A stretch of 43,142 nucleotides of DNA from Candidatus Omnitrophica bacterium CG1_02_40_15. Its GTDB lineage: Bacteria > Omnitrophota > Gorgyraeia > Gorgyraeales > Gorgyraeaceae. Below, in pieces: positions 8,784 to 18,341 of the stretch (position 1 is the first letter of the stretch; every line of letters begins with the position of its first letter). Location of the stretch: the NCBI GenBank assembly GCA_001871815.1, contig MNVP01000075.1, forward strand, positions 1-43,142, in the 5' to 3' direction. The notes beneath the pieces were generated by a model. The model worked only from the letters and a program-made list of their open reading frames with translations. It was not told where the DNA came from and made no database searches. A program made the translations under genes and the position numbers.

Positions 8784-11700
8784 ATGAAAAAGTTTATAAT
8801 TATAATTTTTATTATATGTTCTGTTGATTTATTCACCACAAATGCCATCTTTCCTTTAGTAGATGATGCAGAAAAAAATACAACACAGGATAATCTATTA
8901 AATCCTATAATAAGGCCGCCTGATAATGCTAATCCCAAACCTCCTGAATATGCCCCAGGCGAGTTGATTGTCAAGCTCAAGCAAGGCCAGACTCTGCAAG
9001 ACATAAAGGGCTTAAATACCAAATATAATGTGAATTCCGCAGAAAAAGTTTTCCAAGATACCTCTAATCCCAAAGACAGCCTTAAGCAGATGAAGGACAA
9101 ATTAGCCAGCTTAACTGCAGAACATCAAGGATGGTATTGGCAGTTAGATAAGGATTCCAAAGAATACAAAGATTATGTTGCCAAACTTGAGAAAGAAAAA
9201 CAAGGCCTTCAGGAACAAATAAAAGCCCAGGAAGAACTTATTGCTAAGTTAGAAGAGAGGCAGAAAAGAGCTCCTGAAGGAACTACTGCCCCAAATCTGG
9301 AAAATATTTATCTTTTAGATGCTGGCCAGGATGCAAATATACCTTTAATGGCTAAGGATTATGCTAATAATCCAGCAGTAGAATACGCTGAACCAAACTA
9401 TAAAGCAAAAGCCCAGATGGTTCCAAATGACCCGTATTATTCTTCAAATAATTCATGGGGACAGGGCTATGATGATTTATGGGGCCTGAAAAAGATTCAA
9501 TGTGAAAAAGCATGGGATATAAGTAAAGGCAAAGGAGTTATCGTAGCAGTAATAGATACTGGCATAGACTATAATCATGAAGATATTGCAGGTAATATTT
9601 GGATTAATCCAGGAGAAATCTCAGATAATAATATAGATGATGACAAGAATGGTTATATTGATGATGTGAGAGGCTATGATTTTTCCTACAATGACAATAA
9701 TCCTATGGATGGCCATGGCCATGGGACTCATGTAGCAGGCACAATTGCTGGTATAGGCAATAATTATAAAGGTATTGTTGGTATTGCGCCAGAGGCTAAG
9801 GTAATGGCAGTAAAAGGCCTGGGCGATGATGGAAGCGGCTGGGATTCGGATCTTGCAAAATGCCTTATCTATTCTACTAATAATGGCGCAGATGTAATTA
9901 ATAATTCATGGGAAGGACGAGGCCTGTCAAGAATGTTAGAAGAAGCAGTGGATTACGCTTATTCTAAAGGCTGTGTTGTGGTGGCAGCAGCAGGCAATTC
10001 CAATAGATATGCTGGAGATTATTCGCCAGCAGGTTTTTTCAATGTTATCAGCGTTTCTTCCAGCAGCCATAATGACCTAAAATCAGATTTTTCAAACTGG
10101 GGAAAGATAGATGTAGCTGGGCCTGGAGGAGATAGTGGAGCCACGGGCCATATAGGAAGGAATATACTTTCTTTACGCGCCAATGGCACAGATATGTATA
10201 GAGACGGCTTATGCATTGTAGCTGACAATTATTATCGCAGCCGAGGAACTTCTATGGCTTGCCCGCATGTGGTAGGGCTAGCTGCTTTAATAATATCTAA
10301 GCATCCTGAATTTAGCAATGAGGCTGTCAGGCAGGTTTTAAGATCCTCTGCAGATGACATTGGACAGGCAGGATGGGATAAAGATTCAGGTAACGGAAGA
10401 ATAAATGCTTACAGCGCGTTAAGCATGGATTCTTACTGTTCTGCCAGGATAACTTCGCCAAAGGAAAATGAATTTAAAAAAGGAGGAGTTATTCAGATAA
10501 AAGGCAGCGCCTATGGAACAAGCTTCCAGAGTTATAAACTGGAATATAAAAAAGCTAATGACAGTTGGGTTCAGGCAGGGCCTACTTCATATAACCCTAT
10601 AAAAGACAGTATATTGGGGAATGTAACTATACCTCCTTCTACTTTTTTTGGCACGTATTATTTATCTCTTACTGTTACTGATACAAAAGGCCGCAGATTC
10701 AGGGATGTGGTAAGTATTTTGGTTGAGGCAGACAAGGACTTGCATCCAGGATGGCCATTTATTATGGAGTCAGATGGTCAGTCTACATTAAAGTCTTCGC
10801 CATTAATTGTTGATATTGACAAGGATGGCAGGAAAGAACTTGTAATTAATGATACTTCTAATAAAATATATGTTTTAAATGAAGATGGAACTTATAAAAA
10901 AGGTTGGCCTGTTGTAATTTCTGACTCTCTTGAGAACATTGGTATTAGCAGTCCAGCAGCAGCTGATTTGGATAATGATGGAAATTTAGAAATAATAATA
11001 CATGGCCTTAGATATGTTTATATATTTAATAAAGATGGAATTCCTTTACGTGGATGGCCTATAAGAGTTCAGCCTGAATATCCAAGTTTTAGCGGTTTTT
11101 CGCAAATTCCTGCTCCTGTCATAGCAGATATAGATAAGGATAAAGAATTGGAAATAATAATAGCAGGGACTGATAGGACACTTCATGTTTTAAAAAAAGA
11201 CGGGACATATATTGCTGGTTGGCCAAAGACAGATTTAGCTAATTCTGGAGCTGGGATGAGTTTTACGCTTTCAGTTGGAGATATTGATAATGATGGGGAT
11301 ATGGAAATTGTGTATATAGATGGCCTTTGTTACGAGGGGATTAAAAGAATTTTTGTGTTTCATCATGACGGTAGAATTGCCAGTGGCTGGCCTAAGGAAC
11401 TTAATGAGTCTGTTGTTTGCTCTCCTGTTATGGGAGATATAGACGGAGATAATGATCTAGAGATTATAATAGGAAGCAGCGCGCTAGAAGCAGATTATAC
11501 AGGGACGCCCGTAGTATATGCATATCATCATAATGGCGAGATTGTGGCTGGCTGGCCTAAAAGACTGGACAATAAAGAGCAAATAGCAGGCATTTCTTTA
11601 GCTGATATTAATATGGATGGATATCCTGAGGTAATTGTTTCGGTAAATATAATAGATTTTACTAATCCGTTTTTTCCTTGGCCTCGCTATGGCGTTATTT

Positions 11701-12728
11701 ATGTCCTTGGGAAAAATGGAGAGATTATTTGGAAAGGAAACAGAACAGACGGAGCGCCGCTTTATTCTACGCCCATTGTAGCAAATATTAATACAGACAG
11801 CCGCATGGAAATAATTATCGCAGCAGGATTGTGGCAGACAGGAGAAGGGGCTATTGTTGTATTTGATGATAAAGGCAGGCAGATTGAGAATCTGTCAAGA
11901 TATGCGCCATATTTGTTCTGGGCATCTCCTGCAGTAGGGGATATTGATGGCGATGGAAAATTAGAACTTACTGCAGTTACTGCTAATGGCATGATCTTGG
12001 CATGGGATACAAATGGTGAAAATAAGATAGAAAATACGCCATGGCCGCTATTTCAGCATGATGTCCAGCGCGCAGGGGTTTATGTAAAGGCATCTTTCGC
12101 GCCTGATCTCGCAGTTAGTAACATTAAGTTCTATACGCCAGGGACAGAACAGGAAGTTATCCCACAGCCAAAAAAGCCAGTTACCTGTAAGGCTATTCTT
12201 AAAAACCAGAGCAATGTTACTGCAAAAGGTTTTAAGATAAAGTGGTTCTTAGATGGCAAAGAGGTCAAATATGCCAGCCATGATAAACTGGCTGCAGGTG
12301 AAGTGTCTAATGACCCGAGTGTTTATTTTGAATGGATACTTTCAGTAGGTAATCACATTTTAAGGTTTGTTGCTGACACTAACAATGAAGTTCCAGAATC
12401 TAATGAGAAAAATAATTTTTATACTAGAGTTGCGAGGGTTAAATTCGTGCCGCCTGTTGCTATTATTGGAGCAAGCCCTAAATATGGAAGATCTCCGCTT
12501 TCTGTCCAGTTTAAAGGCGATAAGTCTTATGACCCTGACGGAACAATAGTAGATTATTTATGGAATTTTGGAGATAAGGCTATTTCTAAAGAGATAAATC
12601 CTCAACATGTTTATGTAAATGCCACTAAAAGGCCCAAGGTTTATATAGCAAAACTTACCGTAACTGATAATCAAGGCGCTGCCAAAACCTCATTTACTAT
12701 TATAATAGTTTATCCAAAAATAAAATAG
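8784..12728 (+). CDS. secreted multidomain subtilisin-like (S8) serine protease with FG-GAP/VCBS-like repeats, CARDB-like and PKD domains
   Basis: Signal peptide MKKFIIIIFIICSVDLF and an I9-like propeptide. Triad D258 (VIDTGID), H313 (HGHGTHVAG), S490 (GTSMACPH). Eight DxDxDG-type repeats at about nt 10740-12060. CARDB-like DLAVSNIKFY...NEKNN. C-terminal PKD WNFGD...TVTDNQG. Confidence 0.9.
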   Translation: MKKFIIIIFIICSVDLFTTNAIFPLVDDAEKNTTQDNLLNPIIRPPDNANPKPPEYAPGELIVKLKQGQTLQDIKGLNTKYNVNSAEKVFQDTSNPKDSLKQMKDKLASLTAEHQGWYWQLDKDSKEYKDYVAKLEKEKQGLQEQIKAQEELIAKLEERQKRAPEGTTAPNLENIYLLDAGQDANIPLMAKDYANNPAVEYAEPNYKAKAQMVPNDPYYSSNNSWGQGYDDLWGLKKIQCEKAWDISKGKGVIVAVIDTGIDYNHEDIAGNIWINPGEISDNNIDDDKNGYIDDVRGYDFSYNDNNPMDGHGHGTHVAGTIAGIGNNYKGIVGIAPEAKVMAVKGLGDDGSGWDSDLAKCLIYSTNNGADVINNSWEGRGLSRMLEEAVDYAYSKGCVVVAAAGNSNRYAGDYSPAGFFNVISVSSSSHNDLKSDFSNWGKIDVAGPGGDSGATGHIGRNILSLRANGTDMYRDGLCIVADNYYRSRGTSMACPHVVGLAALIISKHPEFSNEAVRQVLRSSADDIGQAGWDKDSGNGRINAYSALSMDSYCSARITSPKENEFKKGGVIQIKGSAYGTSFQSYKLEYKKANDSWVQAGPTSYNPIKDSILGNVTIPPSTFFGTYYLSLTVTDTKGRRFRDVVSILVEADKDLHPGWPFIMESDGQSTLKSSPLIVDIDKDGRKELVINDTSNKIYVLNEDGTYKKGWPVVISDSLENIGISSPAAADLDNDGNLEIIIHGLRYVYIFNKDGIPLRGWPIRVQPEYPSFSGFSQIPAPVIADIDKDKELEIIIAGTDRTLHVLKKDGTYIAGWPKTDLANSGAGMSFTLSVGDIDNDGDMEIVYIDGLCYEGIKRIFVFHHDGRIASGWPKELNESVVCSPVMGDIDGDNDLEIIIGSSALEADYTGTPVVYAYHHNGEIVAGWPKRLDNKEQIAGISLADINMDGYPEVIVSVNIIDFTNPFFPWPRYGVIYVLGKNGEIIWKGNRTDGAPLYSTPIVANINTDSRMEIIIAAGLWQTGEGAIVVFDDKGRQIENLSRYAPYLFWASPAVGDIDGDGKLELTAVTANGMILAWDTNGENKIENTPWPLFQHDVQRAGVYVKASFAPDLAVSNIKFYTPGTEQEVIPQPKKPVTCKAILKNQSNVTAKGFKIKWFLDGKEVKYASHDKLAAGEVSNDPSVYFEWILSVGNHILRFVADTNNEVPESNEKNNFYTRVARVKFVPPVAIIGASPKYGRSPLSVQFKGDKSYDPDGTIVDYLWNFGDKAISKEINPQHVYVNATKRPKVYIAKLTVTDNQGAAKTSFTIIIVYPKIK

Positions 12729-12732
12729 GCAT

Positions 12733-12821
12733 GGTAGTCGCAACCTTTACCCCGTTAGATAGTAAACATCTAACGGGGTTTAGGTTGCGTAACATATCGC
12801 AGGCTAAAGCCTGCGGCTACC
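12733..12821. repeat. Family H-related composite hairpin, copy H1
   Basis: Outer stem GGTAGTCGC/GCGGCTACC encloses the hairpin GCAACCTTTACCCCGTTAGAT-AGTAAAC-ATCTAACGGGGTTTAGGTTGC and the hairpin CGCAGGCT-AAA-GCCTGCG. TTTACCCCGTTA/TAACGGGGTTTA ends are shared with H2. Confidence 0.8.
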
Positions 12822-12846
12822 GATAGCACAGAATATAGTATTTATA

Positions 12847-12875
12847 TTGTCATGGTATGCATTTTATGATAGAAT
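12847..12875 (+). promoter_or_regulatory. candidate sigma70-type promoter of gspE (possibly leaderless mRNA)
   Basis: TTGTCA (12847-12852), a 17-nt spacer containing an extended -10 TG, then TAGAAT (12870-12875). The ATG at 12882 starts 7 nt after the -10 and there is no Shine-Dalgarno. Confidence 0.4.
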
Positions 12876-12881
12876 TTTTGC

Positions 12882-14573
12882 ATGCCTGATAAAAAGACAA
12901 GTCTTTTGGGCGAGATATTAATCCAGAAAAAACTGATTACCAAAGAGCAGCTGGAAGTTGGCTTGAATGAGCACAGAAAAACAGGGGAATTTTTAGGCGC
13001 GTCATTAATAAAGCTTGGTTTTATAAAGGAAAATGATTTATATAGCGCGCTTTCCAAGCAGTTAAATATCCCATATATTAAATTAAAAGAGCTTCAAATA
13101 GACGCAAAGATTTTTGAAAAACTTCCTGCCAAATTTACCTGCCACTATAAAGTCATGCCAGTAAAATTAGAAGAAGATACCCTGACTATTGCGACAAGGG
13201 ACCCATTAGATGTGAGGACGCTTGATGATATTAGGCTGTTTTCCGGGTTTAATGTGATTTTAGTTTTGGCAGCTGAATCTGATATATCCGAAGCTATTAG
13301 AAAATATTATGGGCTAGGCGCTGAAACAATAGAAGAGATTATAGATACAAGCGATAGGGACATGGTAATGCCTGAGACAAAAACAGAGACAATAGATGAA
13401 ATGGCAGAGGATGCGTCTATAATTAAATTTGTAAATCAGATCTTGCTTCAGGCGGTTAAGGATAATGCTACAGATATACATTTGGAGCCTTATGAAGGCG
13501 AACTTAAGACTAGATATAGGATAGACGGGGTGCTTTATGACATTCCTGTGCCAGAGGGTATAAAATATTTTCAATCTGCTGTTGTTTCCAGGATAAAGAT
13601 TATGTCTAATCTGGATATTGCAGAGCGGCGGCTTCCTCAAGATGGAAGGGTAAAGATCAGAGTAGGCGCTAATGAAATAGACCTTAGAATATCAATACTG
13701 CCAACCCAATTTGGAGAGAGCGTTGATATCAGAATTTTGAGCGGCAGTATGTTGTATAGTTTAGAAAAATTGGGGCTGCTGCGGCCTGACCTTGATATTT
13801 TAGAAAAACTTATAAAAAAGCCGCATGGCATTATTTTTGTTACAGGGCCTACAGGCAGCGGGAAAAGCACTACTCTTTATGCGTGTTTATCCAAGATAAA
13901 TAATAAAGATAGAAAGATTATTACGATAGAGGACCCTATAGAATATCAGATGAAAGGTATAACCCAGCTTCAAGTTCATCCAAGGATTGGATTGAGTTTT
14001 TCAACAGGCCTTCGTTCTATGCTCAGGCATGACCCTGATATTATGATGGTTGGGGAGGTAAGGGATTTTGAAACAGCCGAGATAACTATAAGAGTTGCGC
14101 TTACAGGGCATCTTGTATTTAGCACTTTACATACTAATGATGCCGCAGGTGGAATTACAAGGCTTCTTGATATGGGTATAGAGCCGTTTCTTGTGGCAAG
14201 TTCTGTAGAATGTTTTATTGCGCAGCGCCTTGTCCGAATTATTTGCCCTGGCTGTAAAATTGAGAAAAAGATAGATAAAAATATATTAGCCGAGTTTGGA
14301 ATAGAAAATAATACAGATAACATATCTGTATATGAAGGCAAGGGTTGCGATTCTTGTAAATTTACAGGGTATAAAGGCCGAACAGCCATATATGAATTCT
14401 TGCTTATGGATGAAGGCATTAGGGATTTAGTTTTAAAACGCGCTTCATCTGATCAAATAAAAAAGAAGGCCTTGGAATTCGGCATGCATACACTTCGCAT
14501 GGATGGCTGGGAAAAGATAAAAAAGGGCTTAACCACTATTAATGAAGTAATAAGGGTAACAGAAGAAGATTGA
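12882..14573 (+). CDS. gspE: type II secretion / type IV pilus assembly ATPase (GspE/PilB family)
   Basis: N-terminal MshEN/T2SSE_N-like domain, Walker A GPTGSGKST, Asp box, Walker B MMVGEVRD, His box, tetracysteine CPGC...CDSC. Confidence 0.9.
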   Translation: MPDKKTSLLGEILIQKKLITKEQLEVGLNEHRKTGEFLGASLIKLGFIKENDLYSALSKQLNIPYIKLKELQIDAKIFEKLPAKFTCHYKVMPVKLEEDTLTIATRDPLDVRTLDDIRLFSGFNVILVLAAESDISEAIRKYYGLGAETIEEIIDTSDRDMVMPETKTETIDEMAEDASIIKFVNQILLQAVKDNATDIHLEPYEGELKTRYRIDGVLYDIPVPEGIKYFQSAVVSRIKIMSNLDIAERRLPQDGRVKIRVGANEIDLRISILPTQFGESVDIRILSGSMLYSLEKLGLLRPDLDILEKLIKKPHGIIFVTGPTGSGKSTTLYACLSKINNKDRKIITIEDPIEYQMKGITQLQVHPRIGLSFSTGLRSMLRHDPDIMMVGEVRDFETAEITIRVALTGHLVFSTLHTNDAAGGITRLLDMGIEPFLVASSVECFIAQRLVRIICPGCKIEKKIDKNILAEFGIENNTDNISVYEGKGCDSCKFTGYKGRTAIYEFLLMDEGIRDLVLKRASSDQIKKKALEFGMHTLRMDGWEKIKKGLTTINEVIRVTEED

Positions 14574-14586
14574 TAGGATACTATAC

Positions 14587-14684
14587 TGTTCGAGCGGACA
14601 GGGTGACTAATTGACAAAGCCCAGTCGAGAACTTCTCGACTGAGCTTACATTTTATGCCAGCTATGTCCGCTCGAAGAATATTT
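14587..14684. repeat. Family B element, copy B3 (head-to-head dimer of half elements)
   Basis: TGTTCGAGCGGACA...GCCCAGTCGAGAAC | TTCTCGACTGAGC...ATGTCCGCTCGAAGAATATT. The left half is an inverted copy of the B 5' module. Confidence 0.8.
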
Positions 14685-15884
14685 ATGGCTAAATTTCTAT
14701 ATAAAGCAAAAACAGGGCCTGATAAAACCATAGAAGGAAATATTGAAGCAGATTCAGAGCAAATGGCTGCAAATAAATTAATGCAGTCAGGTTATTATCC
14801 TATATGGATCAAAAAAGAAACAGCTCAAGGTTCAGAGTTCAGGGTTCAAAGAATCAGGGCAAAAGAAATAGCCGCTTTTACAAGGCAGCTTTCGGAACTT
14901 TTAAATTCAGGTTTAGCGCTTTATAACTCATTAAATGTAATAGAGAATCAGACAGAAAATGCTCAGTTAAGATTAGTTATAAGGGGCATGAAGGATAGCA
15001 TAAAAGACGGGAACTCTTTTTCAGGTTCTTTAAAAAAATATCCAAATGTTTTTTCAGATGTGTATGTGAATCTTGTTAAGTCAGGCGAGGCAGGGAGCTT
15101 GCTCAATGAAGTGCTTGGGAATATAGCTGATTTTTTAGACAAAGAAGAAGATATGAAAGCCAAGATTATGGCAGCTTTATCTTATCCTATATTAATGGGC
15201 ATTGTAGGGGCCTTAACAATATTTATTTTAATAACATTTGTGGCGCCGAGATTAGTTAATATGCTTACTGATATGGGCCAAACCCTGCCATTAGCAACCA
15301 GGATTTTAATAGGCCTGAGCGATTTTATTAAGCGCTACTGGGTTTTGATAATTGTTTTTATAGGCGCCAGCGCGTTGCTGCTAAAAAGCGCTATGCAGCA
15401 GCCAGTTGTAAAAATGAATATAGACAGGTTAAAATTAAAACTTCCAGTTTTTGGAAACATGGTTAAACACGCAGAACTGGCAAGATTTACAAGAATGCTT
15501 TCAGCGCTTCTTAAGAACGGAGTGCCGATGTTAAGCTCTTTAAAAATAACATCCGGGATAATAGAAAATAGGATTATAAAAGAAGATTTGGATTTCATTC
15601 ATGATGATGTTAAGGCAGGTTCTACTTTAGCGCTGGCTATAAAGAAAAGAAAAAATTTTCCAATACTTATATCTAACATGACTGCGGTGGGCGAACAAGG
15701 CGGTTTTTTAGACAGGATGTTATTAAACATTGCTCATACATATGAAGTTGAGCTGGATAGGATTGTTAAAGTAATTACATCTCTTCTGGAACCTATTTTT
15801 ATTTTGGCAATCGGATTGGTGGTGGGTTTTATTGTTATTGCAATGCTTTTACCGATATTTCAGATATCGCTTACAGCGCATTAA
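14685..15884 (+). CDS. gspF: type II secretion platform protein (GspF/PilC family)
   Basis: MAKFLYKAKTGPDKTIEGNIEA N-terminus, two T2SSF repeats, three TM segments. Start set to ATG 14685 because ATG 14655 lies in repeat B3. Confidence 0.9.
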   Translation: MAKFLYKAKTGPDKTIEGNIEADSEQMAANKLMQSGYYPIWIKKETAQGSEFRVQRIRAKEIAAFTRQLSELLNSGLALYNSLNVIENQTENAQLRLVIRGMKDSIKDGNSFSGSLKKYPNVFSDVYVNLVKSGEAGSLLNEVLGNIADFLDKEEDMKAKIMAALSYPILMGIVGALTIFILITFVAPRLVNMLTDMGQTLPLATRILIGLSDFIKRYWVLIIVFIGASALLLKSAMQQPVVKMNIDRLKLKLPVFGNMVKHAELARFTRMLSALLKNGVPMLSSLKITSGIIENRIIKEDLDFIHDDVKAGSTLALAIKKRKNFPILISNMTAVGEQGGFLDRMLLNIAHTYEVELDRIVKVITSLLEPIFILAIGLVVGFIVIAMLLPIFQISLTAH

Positions 15885-15887
15885 TAT

Positions 15888-15979
15888 AGCTGTAAGCGAT
15901 AAGCCGTAAGTTTTAAGCTATAAACAAAAAATAAAATTTCAAGCTTTTCTTACAGCTTAAAGCTTATAACTTACAGCTT
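15888..15979. repeat. Family G heptamer hairpin, copy G3 (empty form)
   Basis: 5' arm GCTGTAA GCGATAA GCCGTAA GTTTTAA GCTATAA, an 18-nt A-rich loop, then 3' arm TTCTTAC AGCTTAA AGCTTAT AACTTAC AGCTTAA. The 3' arm is nearly identical to G4b. Confidence 0.8.
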
Positions 15980-15998
15980 AATTTATGGAGGTTTTAAC

Positions 15999-16412
15999 AT
16001 GAGAAATAAAAATGGTTTCACGTTAATTGAACTTATGCTAGTCGTTATTATTATCGGTGTTTTAGTTTCAATGGTAGTACCTCGGCTTGCAGGCCGCTCG
16101 GAAGAAGCAAGGATAGCTGCGGCAAAAGCAGATATACGCTCTAATATTTCAGTAGCGCTTGATCTTTTTGAGCTTGATAACGGGAAATACCCTACTACTG
16201 AAGAAGGCTTATCCGCATTGAGAACAAAGCCTGGGTCAGCTTCGAACTGGAAAGGCCCATATCTTAAAAAAGAACCTGTAGATCCATGGGGCAAAAAATA
16301 TGCGTATCGTTCGCCAGGGGAACATAATCCTGATTATGATCTTTACTCTTATGGGTCCGATGGCGCAGAAGGCGGCAGCGATGATATCACTAATTGGGAA
16401 GAAAAGAAGTAG
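15999..16412 (+). CDS. gspG: major pseudopilin GspG
   Basis: MRNKNG|FTLIELMLVVIIIGVL prepilin site, DNGKYPTTEEGL, GSDGAEGG. GGAGG RBS. Confidence 0.9.
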   Translation: MRNKNGFTLIELMLVVIIIGVLVSMVVPRLAGRSEEARIAAAKADIRSNISVALDLFELDNGKYPTTEEGLSALRTKPGSASNWKGPYLKKEPVDPWGKKYAYRSPGEHNPDYDLYSYGSDGAEGGSDDITNWEEKK

Positions 16413-16749
16413 CGGGTTTTTGTTTGTTGAGTTATTAATAAGCGTTTTAATAATGTCCGTCGGTTTGATATTAATATTGAATTCGTTTATCCAATCTTTA
16501 AGGGCGATAGAATATTCAGACGATTATTTTAAAGCATGCCTTTTCTTAGAGGACAAGGCATTCGAGGTTTATAATAGCGACAAGAAAGAGGGTTTTTCGA
16601 AAGGCTCATTTAATGATTTTAATGATAAGTTTTCATGGGAATTAAATGTGGCAAAATTAGAAGAAGCTGGCCTTAATGAAATTTCCCTAAAAGTAATGTG
16701 GTATGAAAGAAATAAAGAACACGATGTGCCTATTTTTACATACTTATGA
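16381..16749 (+). CDS. minor pseudopilin, GspI-like
   Basis: KKRSSG|FLFVELLISVLIM prepilin-type N-terminus and about 120 aa in size. Start ATG 16381 is inferred and overlaps the gspG end. Confidence 0.6.
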   Translation: MISLIGKKRSSGFLFVELLISVLIMSVGLILILNSFIQSLRAIEYSDDYFKACLFLEDKAFEVYNSDKKEGFSKGSFNDFNDKFSWELNVAKLEEAGLNEISLKVMWYERNKEHDVPIFTYL

Positions 16750-17402
16750 GAAAAAGTGGTTTTACCCCATTACAAATTTTAAAGGATTCTGATAGGTTGA
16801 TAGGTCGTCATAGAAAATTTGTAACGGGGTTTACCTTTATAGAGCTTATAGTTTCGATTTCAATATTAGCTATAATAGCTGCTTCGATATATAGCGCTTT
16901 TAATATAGGGCTACAGGCATATAAAAGGTCATCCGCAGATGAGGGAACTCAAAAAATCAGGACAAAGCTTGCTAAAATAGATAAAGAGCTTAAAAATTCT
17001 TTCTTTTTTTCTGAAATACCCTTTAGTGGCACATCCTCAGAAATTGTTTTTCCATCAGTTGTCTTTAAAGAAGATGTAGAAAAAATCTACATAGTCACTT
17101 ATTATATAGAGAAAGATAAAAATAAAGATTTTTTTAGGCTTATAAGGAAGGCGAAAATTTATACTGATAATCCTCAGGATGAAAAAGAAGAGATAACCGA
17201 CGTATTCTCCGCAATATCCATTAAGTTTAAATATGCATATAAATCAAGCGGCCCTTCTAAAGGTTATGAATGGCAGGAGGCATGGGGAGAAGATCAGAAA
17301 ACGCTTCCTTCTGGGGTTAGGATTTTTTTTCAAATAGATGATGGAGGCGAGATTTACAATAAGACCATTTTTCTTATGCAGGGAGCATTAGGGGCAAAAT
17401 GA
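16746..17402 (+). CDS. minor pseudopilin, GspJ/GspH-like, with repeat-expanded leader
   Basis: G|FTFIELIVSISILAIIAA prepilin-type segment. ATGA coupling to the previous gene. The leader carries inverted-repeat element H2. Confidence 0.6.
   Translation: MRKSGFTPLQILKDSDRLIGRHRKFVTGFTFIELIVSISILAIIAASIYSAFNIGLQAYKRSSADEGTQKIRTKLAKIDKELKNSFFFSEIPFSGTSSEIVFPSVVFKEDVEKIYIVTYYIEKDKNKDFFRLIRKAKIYTDNPQDEKEEITDVFSAISIKFKYAYKSSGPSKGYEWQEAWGEDQKTLPSGVRIFFQIDDGGEIYNKTIFLMQGALGAK
16758..16835. repeat. Family H inverted-repeat element, copy H2 (inside the pseudopilin leader, in frame)
   Basis: GGTTTTACCCCATTACAAATTTT ... AAAATTTGTAACGGGGTTTACC. The GFT codons are duplicated at both ends (GGTTTTACC / GGGTTTACC). 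Confidence 0.85.
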
Positions 17403-18256
17403 CAAAAGAAAAAGGCAGCATACTAATAGTTACTTTATGGATTTTAATAATACTTTCAATATGGGCTGTAATTGTATCAAGCCGCGCTTCTACAGATATA
17501 GCGCTTGCAAAACATGAATCTGAAAATATAAAGGCATTATATCTAGCAAAAGCAGGGGTCATGAAGATGATAGCAGAGCTTAATAAAGATACAAATGCTT
17601 ATGATAGTTTGAACGAAGATTGGCGTAGAACGAATGATAACCCAAAGGAATTTAAATTTGGAGGGGGTACGGTTTTCTATGGCGCATTAGATGAAGAAAG
17701 CAGGTTAAATCTGAATAGCCCAATCTTACAAAAGGAATATCTGATTAGATTAGGCATGGATGAAACTATTAGCCAGCGTGTTTTAGACTATAAAGTTAAA
17801 AAAGGCGATAAAGGTTTTGAATTTATGGAGGAATTATTTTTAGTAGAAGGCATGACCTCTGAGATTTATTCAAAGATAAAAGATTATGTTACAATTTATA
17901 GAGGCAATGATGCAAAAGCGAATATAAATACAGCAGGCGAAGAAATGCTAGATATTATTCTTGGAAATGATGTACAGATAATAGATAAAATACTGGCATA
18001 TAGAAAAGGCCCTGACGCCAAAGAAGGCACAGAGGACGATGGCATCTTTACAGATGATAATTTTAGTTTGGTTTTTTCAGGCTTTGGAGTAACGCCAGAA
18101 AATATTGTTAATTACCAAAGTTTATTTAGCGTCAAGTCCAATTTTTTTAGAATATGGGCAGAGGCGTCTTTTTCTGAAGACAAAAAAATAATCAAGAAAA
18201 TTACCAGTATAACAGATAGGGCGGGCAAGATTTATTACTGGAAAGAGGATAAGTGA
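17399..18256 (+). CDS. gspK: minor pseudopilin GspK-like
   Basis: GSILIVTLWILIILS hydrophobic N-terminus, ALYLAKAGV, helix-hairpin-helix-like NINTAGEEML. Position after the I/J-like genes. Confidence 0.7.
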   Translation: MTKEKGSILIVTLWILIILSIWAVIVSSRASTDIALAKHESENIKALYLAKAGVMKMIAELNKDTNAYDSLNEDWRRTNDNPKEFKFGGGTVFYGALDEESRLNLNSPILQKEYLIRLGMDETISQRVLDYKVKKGDKGFEFMEELFLVEGMTSEIYSKIKDYVTIYRGNDAKANINTAGEEMLDIILGNDVQIIDKILAYRKGPDAKEGTEDDGIFTDDNFSLVFSGFGVTPENIVNYQSLFSVKSNFFRIWAEASFSEDKKIIKKITSITDRAGKIYYWKEDK

Positions 18257-18307
18257 GCCCCCACTGATTCGTTTTGCATTCGCAAAGCGAATCAAAACGG
18301 TGGGGGC
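18257..18307. repeat. Family C 51-nt hairpin, copy C2 (inverted relative to C1)
   Basis: GCCCCCAC TGATT CGTTTTGCATTCGC AAA GCGAATCAAAACG GTGGGGGC. Starts immediately after the gspK TGA. Confidence 0.9.
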
Positions 18308-18341
18308 GAACTTATCCCGAGCCGCTATAATTCTGGATGAT

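Noticed and set aside
15888-15979. Possible CRISPR array, suggested by the short tandem repeats at G1 and G3.
   Set aside because: The repeat unit is only 7 nt with no unique spacers, the arrays pair with a complementary array to form hairpins, and there are no cas genes.
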